A DNA stretch of 64,000 nt from Candidatus Omnitrophota bacterium (lineage in GTDB: Bacteria; Omnitrophota; Gorgyraeia; Gygaellales; Profunditerraquicolaceae). The first letter of the stretch is position 1. Every line of letters begins with the position of its first letter. The notes under the pieces are model-generated. The model ran no database searches. It was not told the origin of the DNA and saw only the letters and a program-made list of their open reading frames with translations. Positions 20,939-30,012 of this stretch are shown here, in pieces. Location of the stretch: the NCBI GenBank assembly GCA_026416665.1, contig JAOAET010000055.1:2490-66489 (forward strand), written 5' to 3'. The position numbers and the translations under genes are program-made.

Positions 20939-21025
20939 TGGTGGGCAGGAAAGGATTCGAACCTTTGAAGCGCCTAGCGCAACAGATTTACAGTCTGTCC
21001 CCTTTAGCCACTTGGGTACCTGCCC
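20939..21025 (-). tRNA. tRNA-Tyr(GTA), CCA encoded
   Basis: GGGCAGGTACCCAAGTGGCTAAAGGGG ACAGACTGTAAATCTGT, long variable arm, GGTTCGAATCC, ends ACCA. Confidence 0.96.
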
Positions 21026-21035
21026 ACTTTCAAAG

Positions 21036-21108
21036 AGCCGGCTAGAGGAATCGAACCCCCGACCCGCTGTTTACAAAACAGCTGCTCTACCTGCTGAGCT
21101 AAGCCGGC
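21036..21108 (-). tRNA. tRNA-Thr(TGT)
   Basis: GCCGGCTTAGCTCAGCAGGTAGAGCA GCTGTTTTGTAAACAGC GGGTC GGGGGTTCGATTCCTC TAGCCGGCT. Confidence 0.95.
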
Positions 21109-21968
21109 AATCTTCTTGAACATTTTTTAATTGCATTGGGAATATTCGTAATAATATCAGAGGCGGTCATCGCTATCTGAGTAAATTTTTTGCTAGCAAT
21201 ATCACCTGCTAAACCATGTAAATAAACTCCATACTTGGCAGCATCAAAAGCATTTAAACCTTGCGCACGAAATGCAGCAATAATTCCTGTTAAGACATCA
21301 CCACTACCGCCCTTTGCCATTCCTGGATTTCCTGTATTATTTACAAATATTCCATTGAGGTTACTTGCTACAATTGTTTCATAACCTTTTAACACAAGAA
21401 TTACATTATACCTACGAACAAATTCCAGTGCAATATTTTTTCTGTCTTTTTGAATTTTATCAACTGAGATATGTAAAAGACGCGCCATTTCTCCGGGATG
21501 AGGAGTTAAGATAATATCTTGCTTCCTATTTTTAATTAATTCTAGATGACCCACAAGGGCATTTATTCCATCAGCATCAATTACTTGAGGACAGGATACT
21601 TCTTTAATTACTTTTCTAATAAATCTTTGGGTTTGTGACTCCTGGGTTAGTCCACATCCAATTGCTAATACATCTATATTTTTTAAAAAACTTTTTATTT
21701 GATTAAAACACGATAAAGATAATGTGCCATTTTTAGTATCTTTAAGTGGTAAAGTCATTATCTCTTTGGGTTTTTTCTTTAAGAAAATATTAACAATAGA
21801 ACGAGGAATAGCTACTGTAACCAATCCCGTTCCACTTCGAGAAGCAGCTTCCGCAGCTAACGCTACTGCTCCAGAAAAACGAAGCGAACCACCAACAATT
21901 AAAACATGGCCATAATCACCTTTATGGGAGTTTTTTTTCCTGAGTAACAATTGCGGAGGCAACTGCAT
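21099..21968 (-). CDS. nnrD: ADP-dependent NAD(P)H-hydrate dehydratase (stand-alone; likely start 21968)
   Basis: SHKGDYGHVLIVGGS, IDADG, LTPHPGEM, GGSGDVLTG; no NnrE domain. Confidence 0.92.
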   Translation of the reverse strand: MQLPPQLLLRKKNSHKGDYGHVLIVGGSLRFSGAVALAAEAASRSGTGLVTVAIPRSIVNIFLKKKPKEIMTLPLKDTKNGTLSLSCFNQIKSFLKNIDVLAIGCGLTQESQTQRFIRKVIKEVSCPQVIDADGINALVGHLELIKNRKQDIILTPHPGEMARLLHISVDKIQKDRKNIALEFVRRYNVILVLKGYETIVASNLNGIFVNNTGNPGMAKGGSGDVLTGIIAAFRAQGLNAFDAAKYGVYLHGLAGDIASKKFTQIAMTASDIITNIPNAIKKCSRRLPA

Positions 21969-22290
21969 AGTTTTTAACATGCGAAATTGATATGTAAATG
22001 GTATAATTTTTTGCTTTATTATTTTGTACAAGACAATATGGTTTTCCTTCTTCATCATTAAAAATTTGAACTTCCTTAAAGGATAATTTTGGGTTACCTA
22101 AGGCTTTAAAAATTGCTTCTTTTGCTGCAAAACGACCTGCTAAATGTTGATACGGAACATGTTTTGTCTTAGCAAATTCTATCTCCTCAGTAGTAAATAT
22201 TCTTTTAAGAAAAGAATCACCCCATTTTTCTATGGCTCTGCGAAGTCGGGTTACTTCGGTTATATCTACCCCTGTTCCGATAATTTTCAT
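21922..22290 (-). CDS. acpS: Holo-[acyl-carrier-protein] synthase
   Basis: GVDITE, AGRFAAKEA, ISISH. Confidence 0.95.
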   Translation of the reverse strand: MKIIGTGVDITEVTRLRRAIEKWGDSFLKRIFTTEEIEFAKTKHVPYQHLAGRFAAKEAIFKALGNPKLSFKEVQIFNDEEGKPYCLVQNNKAKNYTIYISISHVKNYAVASAIVTQEKKLP

Positions 22291-23009
22291 ATTGATTTTT
22301 CTGTTATGATTTTTTTCATCTGGGCGACAGCATTAAATAACCCAATTATTGCTGCCCGACAGACAATAGAATAACCAATATTTAGCTCTTCAATAACATT
22401 AATAGAGGAAATTGCTCCTACGTTATTATAATCTAAACCATGGCCAGCATATACATGAAGACCTAGGTTATGCGCATAGTATACTGCTTCTTTTATTTGT
22501 CTAAGATTCTTTTTTAAACTGTGAGGTGTTCGGGCATTAGCATAATGGCCTGTATGCAGTTCTATGCGATGAACACCCAGTTTCAAACACGCATCAATCT
22601 GTTCCTTGATTGGGTCAATAAATAAACTTACAGCAATGTTTCTTTTCTCTAGTCTTCTGATTACCCTAACAATTTTATAAAAGTTTTTTAAAACATCTAG
22701 TCCCCCTTCTGTGGTTACTTCTTGTCTTTTTTCTGGGACAATAGTTGCCTGGTCAGGTTTGACTTTTTCACAAAATCTTACTATATCTTCTGCAGATGAC
22801 ATTTCTAAATTAAGTTTTGTTGTAATGGCCTTTCGTAATAGAAGCACGTCGGTATCCTGTATGTGGCGTCGGTCCTCACGTAGGTGCACAACAATAGAAT
22901 CAGCACCTGCTTGTTCACAAATAAGTGCTGCTTCAACAATGTTGGGTTCTTTACCTTTTCGTAGTTGTCTTAACGAGGCAATATGGTCGATATTAACACC
23001 TAAACGCAT
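22287..23009 (-). CDS. pdxJ: Pyridoxine 5'-phosphate synthase
   Basis: LGVNIDH, HLREDRRH, TTEGGLD, AGHGL. Confidence 0.96.
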   Translation of the reverse strand: MRLGVNIDHIASLRQLRKGKEPNIVEAALICEQAGADSIVVHLREDRRHIQDTDVLLLRKAITTKLNLEMSSAEDIVRFCEKVKPDQATIVPEKRQEVTTEGGLDVLKNFYKIVRVIRRLEKRNIAVSLFIDPIKEQIDACLKLGVHRIELHTGHYANARTPHSLKKNLRQIKEAVYYAHNLGLHVYAGHGLDYNNVGAISSINVIEELNIGYSIVCRAAIIGLFNAVAQMKKIITEKSI

Positions 23010-23028
23010 TATATCACTTTTAATTTTT

Positions 23029-23151
23029 TTATGATTTTAGGACACCAAATTTAATTAAATACCACAGGAGTACAGCTAACAGAAGCGAGATTATTTTCAA
23101 ACCAGTATTGTAAGTAAATAAATGCTTTAAGCGGAATTTCTGTTTCTTCAT
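23029..23151 (-). CDS. 40-aa single-TM peptide resembling the N-terminal anchor of CdaR/YbbR
   Basis: Manual translation MKKQKFRLKHLFTYNTGLKIISLLLAVLLWYLIKFGVLKS*; starts 5 nt after cdaA stop; NxxLKIxSLLLAxxLW pattern. Confidence 0.7.
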   Translation of the reverse strand: MKKQKFRLKHLFTYNTGLKIISLLLAVLLWYLIKFGVLKS

Positions 23152-23156
23152 AACTT

Positions 23157-23924
23157 TTAATATTTCAGAAAGCTTTTTATTTTCTGAAACAATTCTTCTC
23201 TACTCAAATCTTTATATAATTTTCCTTGAAAAACTAAAGATACATCGCCACGTTCTTCAGAGACAATAATCACCACGGCATCAGTTTCATTGCTTAATCC
23301 CAAAGCTGCTCGGTGTCGTGTGCCAAAAATTCTACTTATATCGGTATTTTCTGGAAGAGGGAATATACAACCGGCGGCACGTATTCTGTTTTGTTGAATA
23401 ATTATTCCACCGTCGTGCAATATATTATTAGGGCTAAAAATTGCTTCTATTAATTCTGCAGAGATTTTTGCATCAAGCTCTACACCGTTTTCCGCATAAG
23501 CAGAAAGAGATTCTCGATTTTCTATGGCAATCAATGCCCCTATTTTTTTTCTGCACAAAATATCAGTGGCTTTAGTTATTTCTTTAAGGATTACATCTGT
23601 ATCTTCTTCCGGTATGTTAATGGCAAAAAAATGTTGCTGTCCTAGTTTAGCAAAACCTTGTCTTATTTCGGGGTGGAATATAATTAAGGCAGCAATTACG
23701 GATATCGCAAACAGTTTATTTAGAAGCCAAGATACAGTAGTAAGTTCTGCGACTTGTGCAACTAAATACAAAAGCACTAAAATAAGAATTCCTCTGAAAA
23801 CCTGTCGTGCGCGGCTACTGGCAAACAAGAGAATCAGAAGATGATAAATAATAAACCAGAGAATACTAATTTCGATAATAGGTTTCAAAAAAAAGAAAAT
23901 TTTCTGTAGATTCGTTTCGATCAT
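23157..23924 (-). CDS. cdaA: Diadenylate cyclase CdaA
   Basis: Three N-terminal TM helices, HDGG and GTRHRAALG motifs, VSEE. Confidence 0.95.
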   Translation of the reverse strand: MIETNLQKIFFFLKPIIEISILWFIIYHLLILLFASSRARQVFRGILILVLLYLVAQVAELTTVSWLLNKLFAISVIAALIIFHPEIRQGFAKLGQQHFFAINIPEEDTDVILKEITKATDILCRKKIGALIAIENRESLSAYAENGVELDAKISAELIEAIFSPNNILHDGGIIIQQNRIRAAGCIFPLPENTDISRIFGTRHRAALGLSNETDAVVIIVSEERGDVSLVFQGKLYKDLSREELFQKIKSFLKY

Positions 23925-25129
23925 AAGTAGTGTGCCGTTTTAATTGCAAACGTAAGCTTAAGTGCATCTTGTATTGCTTTTACATCATGAACTCTTAAAA
24001 TATTTGCGCCTTGATTTGCTGCCCACACACAAGAGGCAATGGTTCCGTATAAGCGTCCTTCTGGTGGTTGTGAGATGATTTTTCCAATAAAAGATTTTCT
24101 TGAAGTCCCAATTACTATTGGTAAACCAAGAGTTTTAAAGTCAGCAAGGTACTTAAGAATAGTAAGATTGTGTTCTAAAGTTTTACCAAAACCAATACCT
24201 GGATCTATCATTAAAGAGTCAATATCAATACCATCAGCCATGGCAATCTTTATTCTTTTAGTAAAAAATGACATAATATCATTTACTACATTTTTGTAAG
24301 TAGGATTACGTTGCATAGTACGTGGATTGCCTTTCATATGCATAATAATACAGCCGGCGCGATACTGCTTAATTATCTTACGCATCTTAGGGTCACACAA
24401 ACCAGTTACATCATTAATAATATTTGCTCCTGCCTCAAGGGCCTCTTTAGCTACTTGTGGTTTATAGGTATCCACCGATAAAGGAATTTTAATTTCTTGA
24501 GAAATGCGGCGAACTACAGGGATTATCCTACGTAATTCCTCTTTTACATCTACAGGTTTGGCTTGGGGGCGAGTTGACTCCCCTCCTATATCAAGTATAT
24601 CGGCCCCCTCTGAAATTTTTCTATGACAGTTTTCTATAATTGTTTCAATGTTTTGATTAGCTAAGCCGTCACCACTGAAAGAATCAGGTGTAATATTTAT
24701 GATACCCATTATCAGTGGTTTATTTTTTATTATATCGATCTGACGCTTCGCACACTTTATACAATAGTTATCAGCGTTTTCCTGGTGAATAATTTTGTCT
24801 AATAGCTGCGTAACTTCTGATAATCCGAAAGGTTGTATTTTTAATTTTTCCAATAATCTTTTGTATTGAGAATGATTACCTATTAACACACAATAAGCTT
24901 TTTTAGATTTTCCAATAAGAATATTTTTAGGAACCGCAACATCTCCACCGCAGGAAAGCATCTCTTGTTTTAAAATAAGACAAGCAGAATAGACTAGTGG
25001 ACCGAGATAAATAAGATATTGCATTGTTTTGTCTTGCATAATGCGAATACCATAAGAATGAACCAAAAGGGAAGAAAAAATCTCTTCTATATCTTTTTTA
25101 TTTTGAATATGAAGGATGCGGGCTAGCAT
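23921..25129 (-). CDS. folP: Dihydropteroate synthase with N-terminal extension
   Basis: MGIINITPDSFSGDG, IGGESTRP, DPGIGFGK, SRKSF, RVHDV. Confidence 0.95.
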   Translation of the reverse strand: MLARILHIQNKKDIEEIFSSLLVHSYGIRIMQDKTMQYLIYLGPLVYSACLILKQEMLSCGGDVAVPKNILIGKSKKAYCVLIGNHSQYKRLLEKLKIQPFGLSEVTQLLDKIIHQENADNYCIKCAKRQIDIIKNKPLIMGIINITPDSFSGDGLANQNIETIIENCHRKISEGADILDIGGESTRPQAKPVDVKEELRRIIPVVRRISQEIKIPLSVDTYKPQVAKEALEAGANIINDVTGLCDPKMRKIIKQYRAGCIIMHMKGNPRTMQRNPTYKNVVNDIMSFFTKRIKIAMADGIDIDSLMIDPGIGFGKTLEHNLTILKYLADFKTLGLPIVIGTSRKSFIGKIISQPPEGRLYGTIASCVWAANQGANILRVHDVKAIQDALKLTFAIKTAHYL

Positions 25130-26989
25130 CTATACGACGTCTTGTTTTTGTATTCCTAGTAAATTTTTTACTGTCTGGCCATCTAAGACCTCTTTCGTCA
25201 GAAGTGTTTCTGAAAGAGTTCTTAGTTTGTCTTGATTTTGTCTGAGAAGTTCCAATGCCCTTGCATAACATAAATCAACAATACGTTTTACTTCTTCATC
25301 AATAAGATGTGCGGTCTGTTCACTATAATTACGTTCCTCAATAATATCTCTCCCTAAAAAAATTAACCCTTCTCTTTTACCTAAGGTGATATTCCCTAGA
25401 CGTTCGGACATTCCAAACTGGGTTACCATTTTTCTCGCAGTATGTGTTGCAGTTTCAAGATCATTTTGAGCACCTGTAGTAACAGTATTAAGCATAATCT
25501 CTTCTGCTGCTCTACCACCAAGCATCATTGTTATCTCATCAAGCAGTTGTTGTTTAGTCCAATAGTGTCTATCTTCGAGAGGCGGAGTAAAGGTATAACC
25601 TCCTGCCATACCACGCGGTATAATAGAGACTTTTTTCACCGGGTTTACCTCAGGCAACAAAAGTGATAACAGGCTATGTCCTGACTCATGAAGAGCAGTA
25701 ATACGTTTTTCTTTTTCTGACATAATGTGACTTTTTTTCTCAGGACCCATTAAAACACGTTCAATAGATTGTTCAAAATCTATCATTTCAATAGCATCTT
25801 TATTTCTTCGGGCAGCCAACAAAGCAGCCTCGTTACAAAGATTAGCTAAGTCTGCACCTGAGAAACCAGGTGTTTGGCTTGCTAGAGATTTTAAATCTAC
25901 GTTGGGATGAAGTTTTAATTTTTTAGTATGAACTTTTAAAATTTCTTCTCTCCCTTTTATATCTGGTAAATTAACTACAATATGCCGGTCAAATCTGCCA
26001 GGTCTAAGTAATGCCTGGTCAAGGGTATCAGGTCTATTGGTTGCCGCAATGAGAATGAGACCTCCTGTTGTGTCAAAACCATCCATTTCCACTAACAGGG
26101 CATTTAAAGTTTGTTCACGTTCATCATGTCCACCACCAATTCCGGCAAACCGCTGTCTTCCGACTGCATCGATTTCGTCAATAAAGATAATTGCACCTTT
26201 ACCTGAGGCACGGGCAGCACGCCTGCCTTGTTCAAAAAGGTCGCGCACACGGCTTGCTCCTACTCCTACAAACATCTCTACAAAATCTGACCCTGAAATA
26301 CTGAAAAATGGAACTCCTGCCTCTCCTGCTACTGCTTTGGCAATAAGTGTTTTTCCGCAACCTGGAGGACCTACTAGAAGAACACCTTTAGGAATTTTAC
26401 CTCCAAGTTTTTGAAATTTTTTGGGGTCTTTTAAAAACTCAATAACTTCTTTAAGTTCCTCTTTGGCTTCATCTACACCAGCAACATCTTGAAAGGTAAC
26501 CCGATTAGCAGATTTTTCTGAATGAACCTTAGGATTAATCTTTCCAAAGGACATTATTCGGTTTCCTATTTGTTCACCCCGAGAAGCCATTAGCCACCAA
26601 AAAAGAATTAGTAAAGCAACTGGTAAAAGGTTGATAAGTAAAACACCTACTAATCTAGGTGGTTTTATTTCAAACCGTTCGACATTATTACGTAGTAGGT
26701 CAAGAAGCACTTGGTCATTTTCAGGAATATTCACCAGAAAGTCTGTTCCATCTTTTAATTTGCCAGTCAGAACCGTCTCAGTCTTTACTACAGACTGAAT
26801 TTGATTAGTGGGTTTTGGTTCTTTTGCTAAATTATAAAATTCTGAATACGGTATCTCTTTGGTTTTCATCATTTGCGGAAGTGGTGAAAAAATAAAAAGG
26901 TATATTAAAGCAAGAAGTAAAAACCACCCCCATGGAATACGTTTTAAAGGTTTATTCTTTTTGGTTAATCTATTCCCGTTACTATTCAT
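25130..26989 (-). CDS. ftsH: ATP-dependent zinc metalloprotease FtsH
   Basis: Two TM helices, [20 protein letters not shown] zinc motif. Confidence 0.98.
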   Translation of the reverse strand: MNSNGNRLTKKNKPLKRIPWGWFLLLALIYLFIFSPLPQMMKTKEIPYSEFYNLAKEPKPTNQIQSVVKTETVLTGKLKDGTDFLVNIPENDQVLLDLLRNNVERFEIKPPRLVGVLLINLLPVALLILFWWLMASRGEQIGNRIMSFGKINPKVHSEKSANRVTFQDVAGVDEAKEELKEVIEFLKDPKKFQKLGGKIPKGVLLVGPPGCGKTLIAKAVAGEAGVPFFSISGSDFVEMFVGVGASRVRDLFEQGRRAARASGKGAIIFIDEIDAVGRQRFAGIGGGHDEREQTLNALLVEMDGFDTTGGLILIAATNRPDTLDQALLRPGRFDRHIVVNLPDIKGREEILKVHTKKLKLHPNVDLKSLASQTPGFSGADLANLCNEAALLAARRNKDAIEMIDFEQSIERVLMGPEKKSHIMSEKEKRITALHESGHSLLSLLLPEVNPVKKVSIIPRGMAGGYTFTPPLEDRHYWTKQQLLDEITMMLGGRAAEEIMLNTVTTGAQNDLETATHTARKMVTQFGMSERLGNITLGKREGLIFLGRDIIEERNYSEQTAHLIDEEVKRIVDLCYARALELLRQNQDKLRTLSETLLTKEVLDGQTVKNLLGIQKQDVV

Positions 26990-27015
26990 ACCTACTCCTT
27001 TTAGATGTTTGCCTT

Positions 27016-27044
27016 ATTATATACATAACTTATTTCAAAATCAA
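27016..27044 (-). promoter_or_regulatory. Probable sigma70 promoter for ftsH
   Basis: TTGATT (27044-27039), 17 nt, TATAAT (27021-27016). Confidence 0.55.
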
Positions 27045-27068
27045 GAAGTTACTGAATATTTATTTTTA

Positions 27069-28043
27069 CTATGATTTACTAGATTCTCTATAAAAAAATT
27101 CTATTGTATTTGCTTTTTTTCTTACGCTAATATCTGCTGGTAGATCTACAATTGAACCTTCTTTTTCATAATAACAAAGATTTTCTATTAACTGTATATG
27201 CCTGAAAGTAAGCTTTCGGCTATCTCCTTTAAGGCGTACATACATCAATCTTATTAATTGTCTTGCGATAGCTGGGTGCAATGAAGAAAGTTTTTTAAGA
27301 CAGATGCGTTTAACATTTTTTCTAGGAAGAAATTTTTCAGTTGAATGTAAAATAAAGTCATAATCAAAACGAACACTGTCTGCTAACTGCGAAAGCAATG
27401 TTTTAATAGCTGGTGTGAAATTTTTTTCTAAGTAAGGGATTAAATGATTTCTAATTTTATTCCTAAAAAAAATGTCTTTTAAATTGGTATGGTCAATACG
27501 AGGAATGATTTTTTTCCTTCTTAAAAAATATTCAATTTGAGACCTTGAAACCTCAAGCAATGGACGGATAAAGCGTATCCCAAATAAATTACGACATGGA
27601 CAAATAGCTGCTAATCCTTGTAGTCCTGTTCCTCGTAGTAGACGCATTAATACTGTCTCTGCTTGGTCATCAAGTGTGTGGCCTAAGGCTATAGCATTAG
27701 CGAACTTAAGTTTTGCCACCCGACATAGAAAAGAAATACGTTCATTTCTTAAATATTCTTCCAATGAGCCAGCAATGTTTTTTTTCTTTATTTTACCTAT
27801 GGTGTAGTCTACTGCCAGTTTGTTACAAAGTTTTATTACAAATTTTTTATCATCTTGAGCTTCTTTTCGTAAGCCGTGGTCAAAGTGGGCAACATGAATT
27901 TTCAATTTATACTCTTTTTGGAGAGCAATAAGACATAAAAGTAAAGCTACTGAATCAGGGCCTCCTGAAACCCCAACAACCACTCTGTCATTTAGCTTTA
28001 GCAGATGATATTTTTCTACAGTTTCCTTCACATGTTTAAGCAT
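27069..28043 (-). CDS. tilS: tRNA(Ile)-lysidine synthetase
   Basis: SGGPDS, HFDHGLR, GHTLDDQAET, RNKIR. Confidence 0.95.
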   Translation of the reverse strand: MLKHVKETVEKYHLLKLNDRVVVGVSGGPDSVALLLCLIALQKEYKLKIHVAHFDHGLRKEAQDDKKFVIKLCNKLAVDYTIGKIKKKNIAGSLEEYLRNERISFLCRVAKLKFANAIALGHTLDDQAETVLMRLLRGTGLQGLAAICPCRNLFGIRFIRPLLEVSRSQIEYFLRRKKIIPRIDHTNLKDIFFRNKIRNHLIPYLEKNFTPAIKTLLSQLADSVRFDYDFILHSTEKFLPRKNVKRICLKKLSSLHPAIARQLIRLMYVRLKGDSRKLTFRHIQLIENLCYYEKEGSIVDLPADISVRKKANTIEFFYRESSKS

Positions 28044-28087
28044 ATTAAAGAAATAGATACAGTAGATTCATATCTAACAGATATAAA

Positions 28088-28615
28088 TTATTTATTATTT
28101 TTTTTAAAAGTCACCATAAAAAAATTTACCAAACATATTAAACCAAAAAGAAAATAGCAAAAAAGTGTAAGCCATACTCCGATGAGTAAATTTACTTTTA
28201 CTACAGCCTTATCTAAATTAGTTGTCAAAATTTTTAAAGTTGTGCCAGTAGCTATAGCTATGCTAATGATTCCTACTAATAGGTTAATCCATTTATTTCT
28301 GCCCAGAAATAACATTAATAAGAGAAAGAAAATTGAAAATCCTGGAACAAGCCAGATTAGGTAACTTTTCTTATCGACATTTTTAATAGATGGGTTAAAT
28401 ATTTGAACAATCGTAATTATCAATTTAGATTCAGAGCTGTTGGCAAGAATAGGGACCTGGAAACCGCTAATGGTAATCAGGGGATTTGTTGGTTTAGCCA
28501 AGATTTTACTTATACTACTTGTCACAATAGTTTCCACTCCAACCCATGGTAAAAAAAACGCAATGAATATAACTAAAGTTAAAATTACTATGGTAATCTT
28601 AGAGACCATATTCAT
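28088..28615 (-). CDS. Hypothetical membrane protein (about 4 TM helices)
   Basis: FFLPW motif, multiple hydrophobic segments, GGAGG SD. Confidence 0.7.
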   Translation of the reverse strand: MNMVSKITIVILTLVIFIAFFLPWVGVETIVTSSISKILAKPTNPLITISGFQVPILANSSESKLIITIVQIFNPSIKNVDKKSYLIWLVPGFSIFFLLLMLFLGRNKWINLLVGIISIAIATGTTLKILTTNLDKAVVKVNLLIGVWLTLFCYFLFGLICLVNFFMVTFKKNNK

Positions 28616-28813
28616 TTTTACCTCCTTTTAGATAACAAACTTAATATGACTTAGATACCAAATAACTCTTTTGCAATTAAAAAATATTTTCCCGTAACAT
28701 AAAAACTAAGAAGAGAAAAATTTTTTATTTTTGATTTTAATTAAGAAGAAGTTTTTTCCTAAAAATGTGGTCGTTTTTTAGTAGATGGCTCACCAATAAA
28801 TAGTTAGGATTAG

Positions 28814-28887
28814 TGGCGGAGAGTGGATTTAAACCACCGACCAAGCGGGTATGAGCCGCCTGCTCTATCGGGCTGAGCTACTCCGCC
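28814..28887 (-). tRNA. tRNA-Met(CAT), probably elongator
   Basis: GGCGGAGTAGCTCAGCCCGATAGAGCA GGCGGCTCATACCCGCT TGGTC GGTGGTTTAAATCCACT CTCCGCCA; G1-C72 paired; upstream TTGCAT-17-TAATAT. Confidence 0.9.
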
Positions 28888-29006
28888 ATTCTTAATTTAT
28901 GGAGTTGTTTATATTATCAAAAAAATCTTCTTAATGCAATAATTTTACATTACCCATTATCACATTATTTATTACCATATAATATTATAAAACATTTTTA
29001 TGATTA

Positions 29007-29015
29007 TGCTATAAT
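29007..29015 (+). promoter_or_regulatory. Extended -10 promoter (TGnTATAAT) placed for a leaderless transcript
   Basis: TGCTATAAT ends 7 nt before ATG 29023; no SD sequence. Confidence 0.5.
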
Positions 29016-29022
29016 AAATTTT

Positions 29023-29595
29023 ATGAAAAAAATATTAATGTTTTTTTATCTAGGAGTAGTGTTTATTACTGGTTGTGCCTATTTGGGGTATTTAAAAGAC
29101 CCTTTTGAAAATATACCTAATTTTTATAAAGTATCTGAAAACCTCTACCGTGGTGGTCAGCCCAAAGAAGCTGGTTTTAGGTTTTTAAAACAACTGGGTA
29201 TTAAAACAGTAGTAAGTCTTCGTGGTAAAAATTATCATGTTGAGTTAGAACGAAAAATAATTGAAAACATGGGGATGAATTTTTTTTCTATACCTTTGAG
29301 TGTATATCAGCAACCTGAAGAGAAACAAGTATTGGAGTTTCTAGAAATATTATTGAAGAGAGAATACCAACCTGTGTTTGTTCATTGTGATAGTGGACGC
29401 GATAGAACTGGAGCAATGATTGCTATGTATCGGGTCGTAGTAGATGGGTGGACAATAAAACAAGCTTATCGTGAAGCGCGTAAGTTTGGATTTTTCCCTT
29501 ACCGCAGTAGAGAAGCGCCGTTAAAGATGTTTATACATCAACTTAAAGATAAAAAGATTTATTTTGAAAAAGCCCGGCAGTTAAAAAATGAATAA
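29023..29595 (+). CDS. Cys-dependent dual-specificity/tyrosine phosphatase family protein, probable lipoprotein
   Basis: LYRGGQP, HCDSGRDRTG (CX5R), signal peptide with ITGC lipobox. Confidence 0.88.
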   Translation: MKKILMFFYLGVVFITGCAYLGYLKDPFENIPNFYKVSENLYRGGQPKEAGFRFLKQLGIKTVVSLRGKNYHVELERKIIENMGMNFFSIPLSVYQQPEEKQVLEFLEILLKREYQPVFVHCDSGRDRTGAMIAMYRVVVDGWTIKQAYREARKFGFFPYRSREAPLKMFIHQLKDKKIYFEKARQLKNE

Positions 29596-29944
29596 AAAAA
29601 TTATATTAATAACTTGGATAGTAATTTTATTTTATCAACAGACAGCTTTTGCTTATACCATTGAGCACCATCTTATTAATATGGGAAGGGATGCACTTAA
29701 TGTGTTAGCAAGTCCAATTAAGGCAATTTTCTTTAAAGGCCCGCAGGATATAAAAAGGATGTGGCAGTATGAAGTATACGGTAAAGAAAAACCACAAAAA
29801 AGAGGTTTATGGCGATATCGCTTGTATGCTTTATGGCGAGCTCCAGCAGTAGAATTAAAAGCTGGCGTGGATGGAGTGGTTCAATCAATAACTTATTTAG
29901 GCAGTTTTAGCAAAGAGTTACTATCCATATTTTTCGGGGACTAA
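29588..29944 (+). CDS. Hypothetical exported protein
   Basis: Signal peptide ending AFA; overlaps the phosphatase stop. Confidence 0.65.
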   Translation: MNKKIILITWIVILFYQQTAFAYTIEHHLINMGRDALNVLASPIKAIFFKGPQDIKRMWQYEVYGKEKPQKRGLWRYRLYALWRAPAVELKAGVDGVVQSITYLGSFSKELLSIFFGD

Positions 29945-30012
29945 ATTTATCGTAACTTATTTGTAAATCAACAAGTTATATGCTATAATTTAAGTGGAGG
30001 AAGATAGGAAAA

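Noticed and set aside
18459-21119. Plus-strand ORFs 18459-18644, 20839-21045 and 20928-21119
   Set aside because: They are antisense readings of tRNA genes
23921-25129. Novel domain fusion in FolP
   Set aside because: A roughly 130-aa N-terminal extension is common in FolP of many anaerobic bacteria
28814-28887. tRNA-Ile2(CAT), suggested by proximity to tilS, or initiator tRNA
   Set aside because: GGCGG acceptor stem and CATAC loop resemble elongator Met; paired G1-C72 and no GGG/CCC run in the anticodon stem exclude initiator. Ile2 not fully excluded without an isotype model
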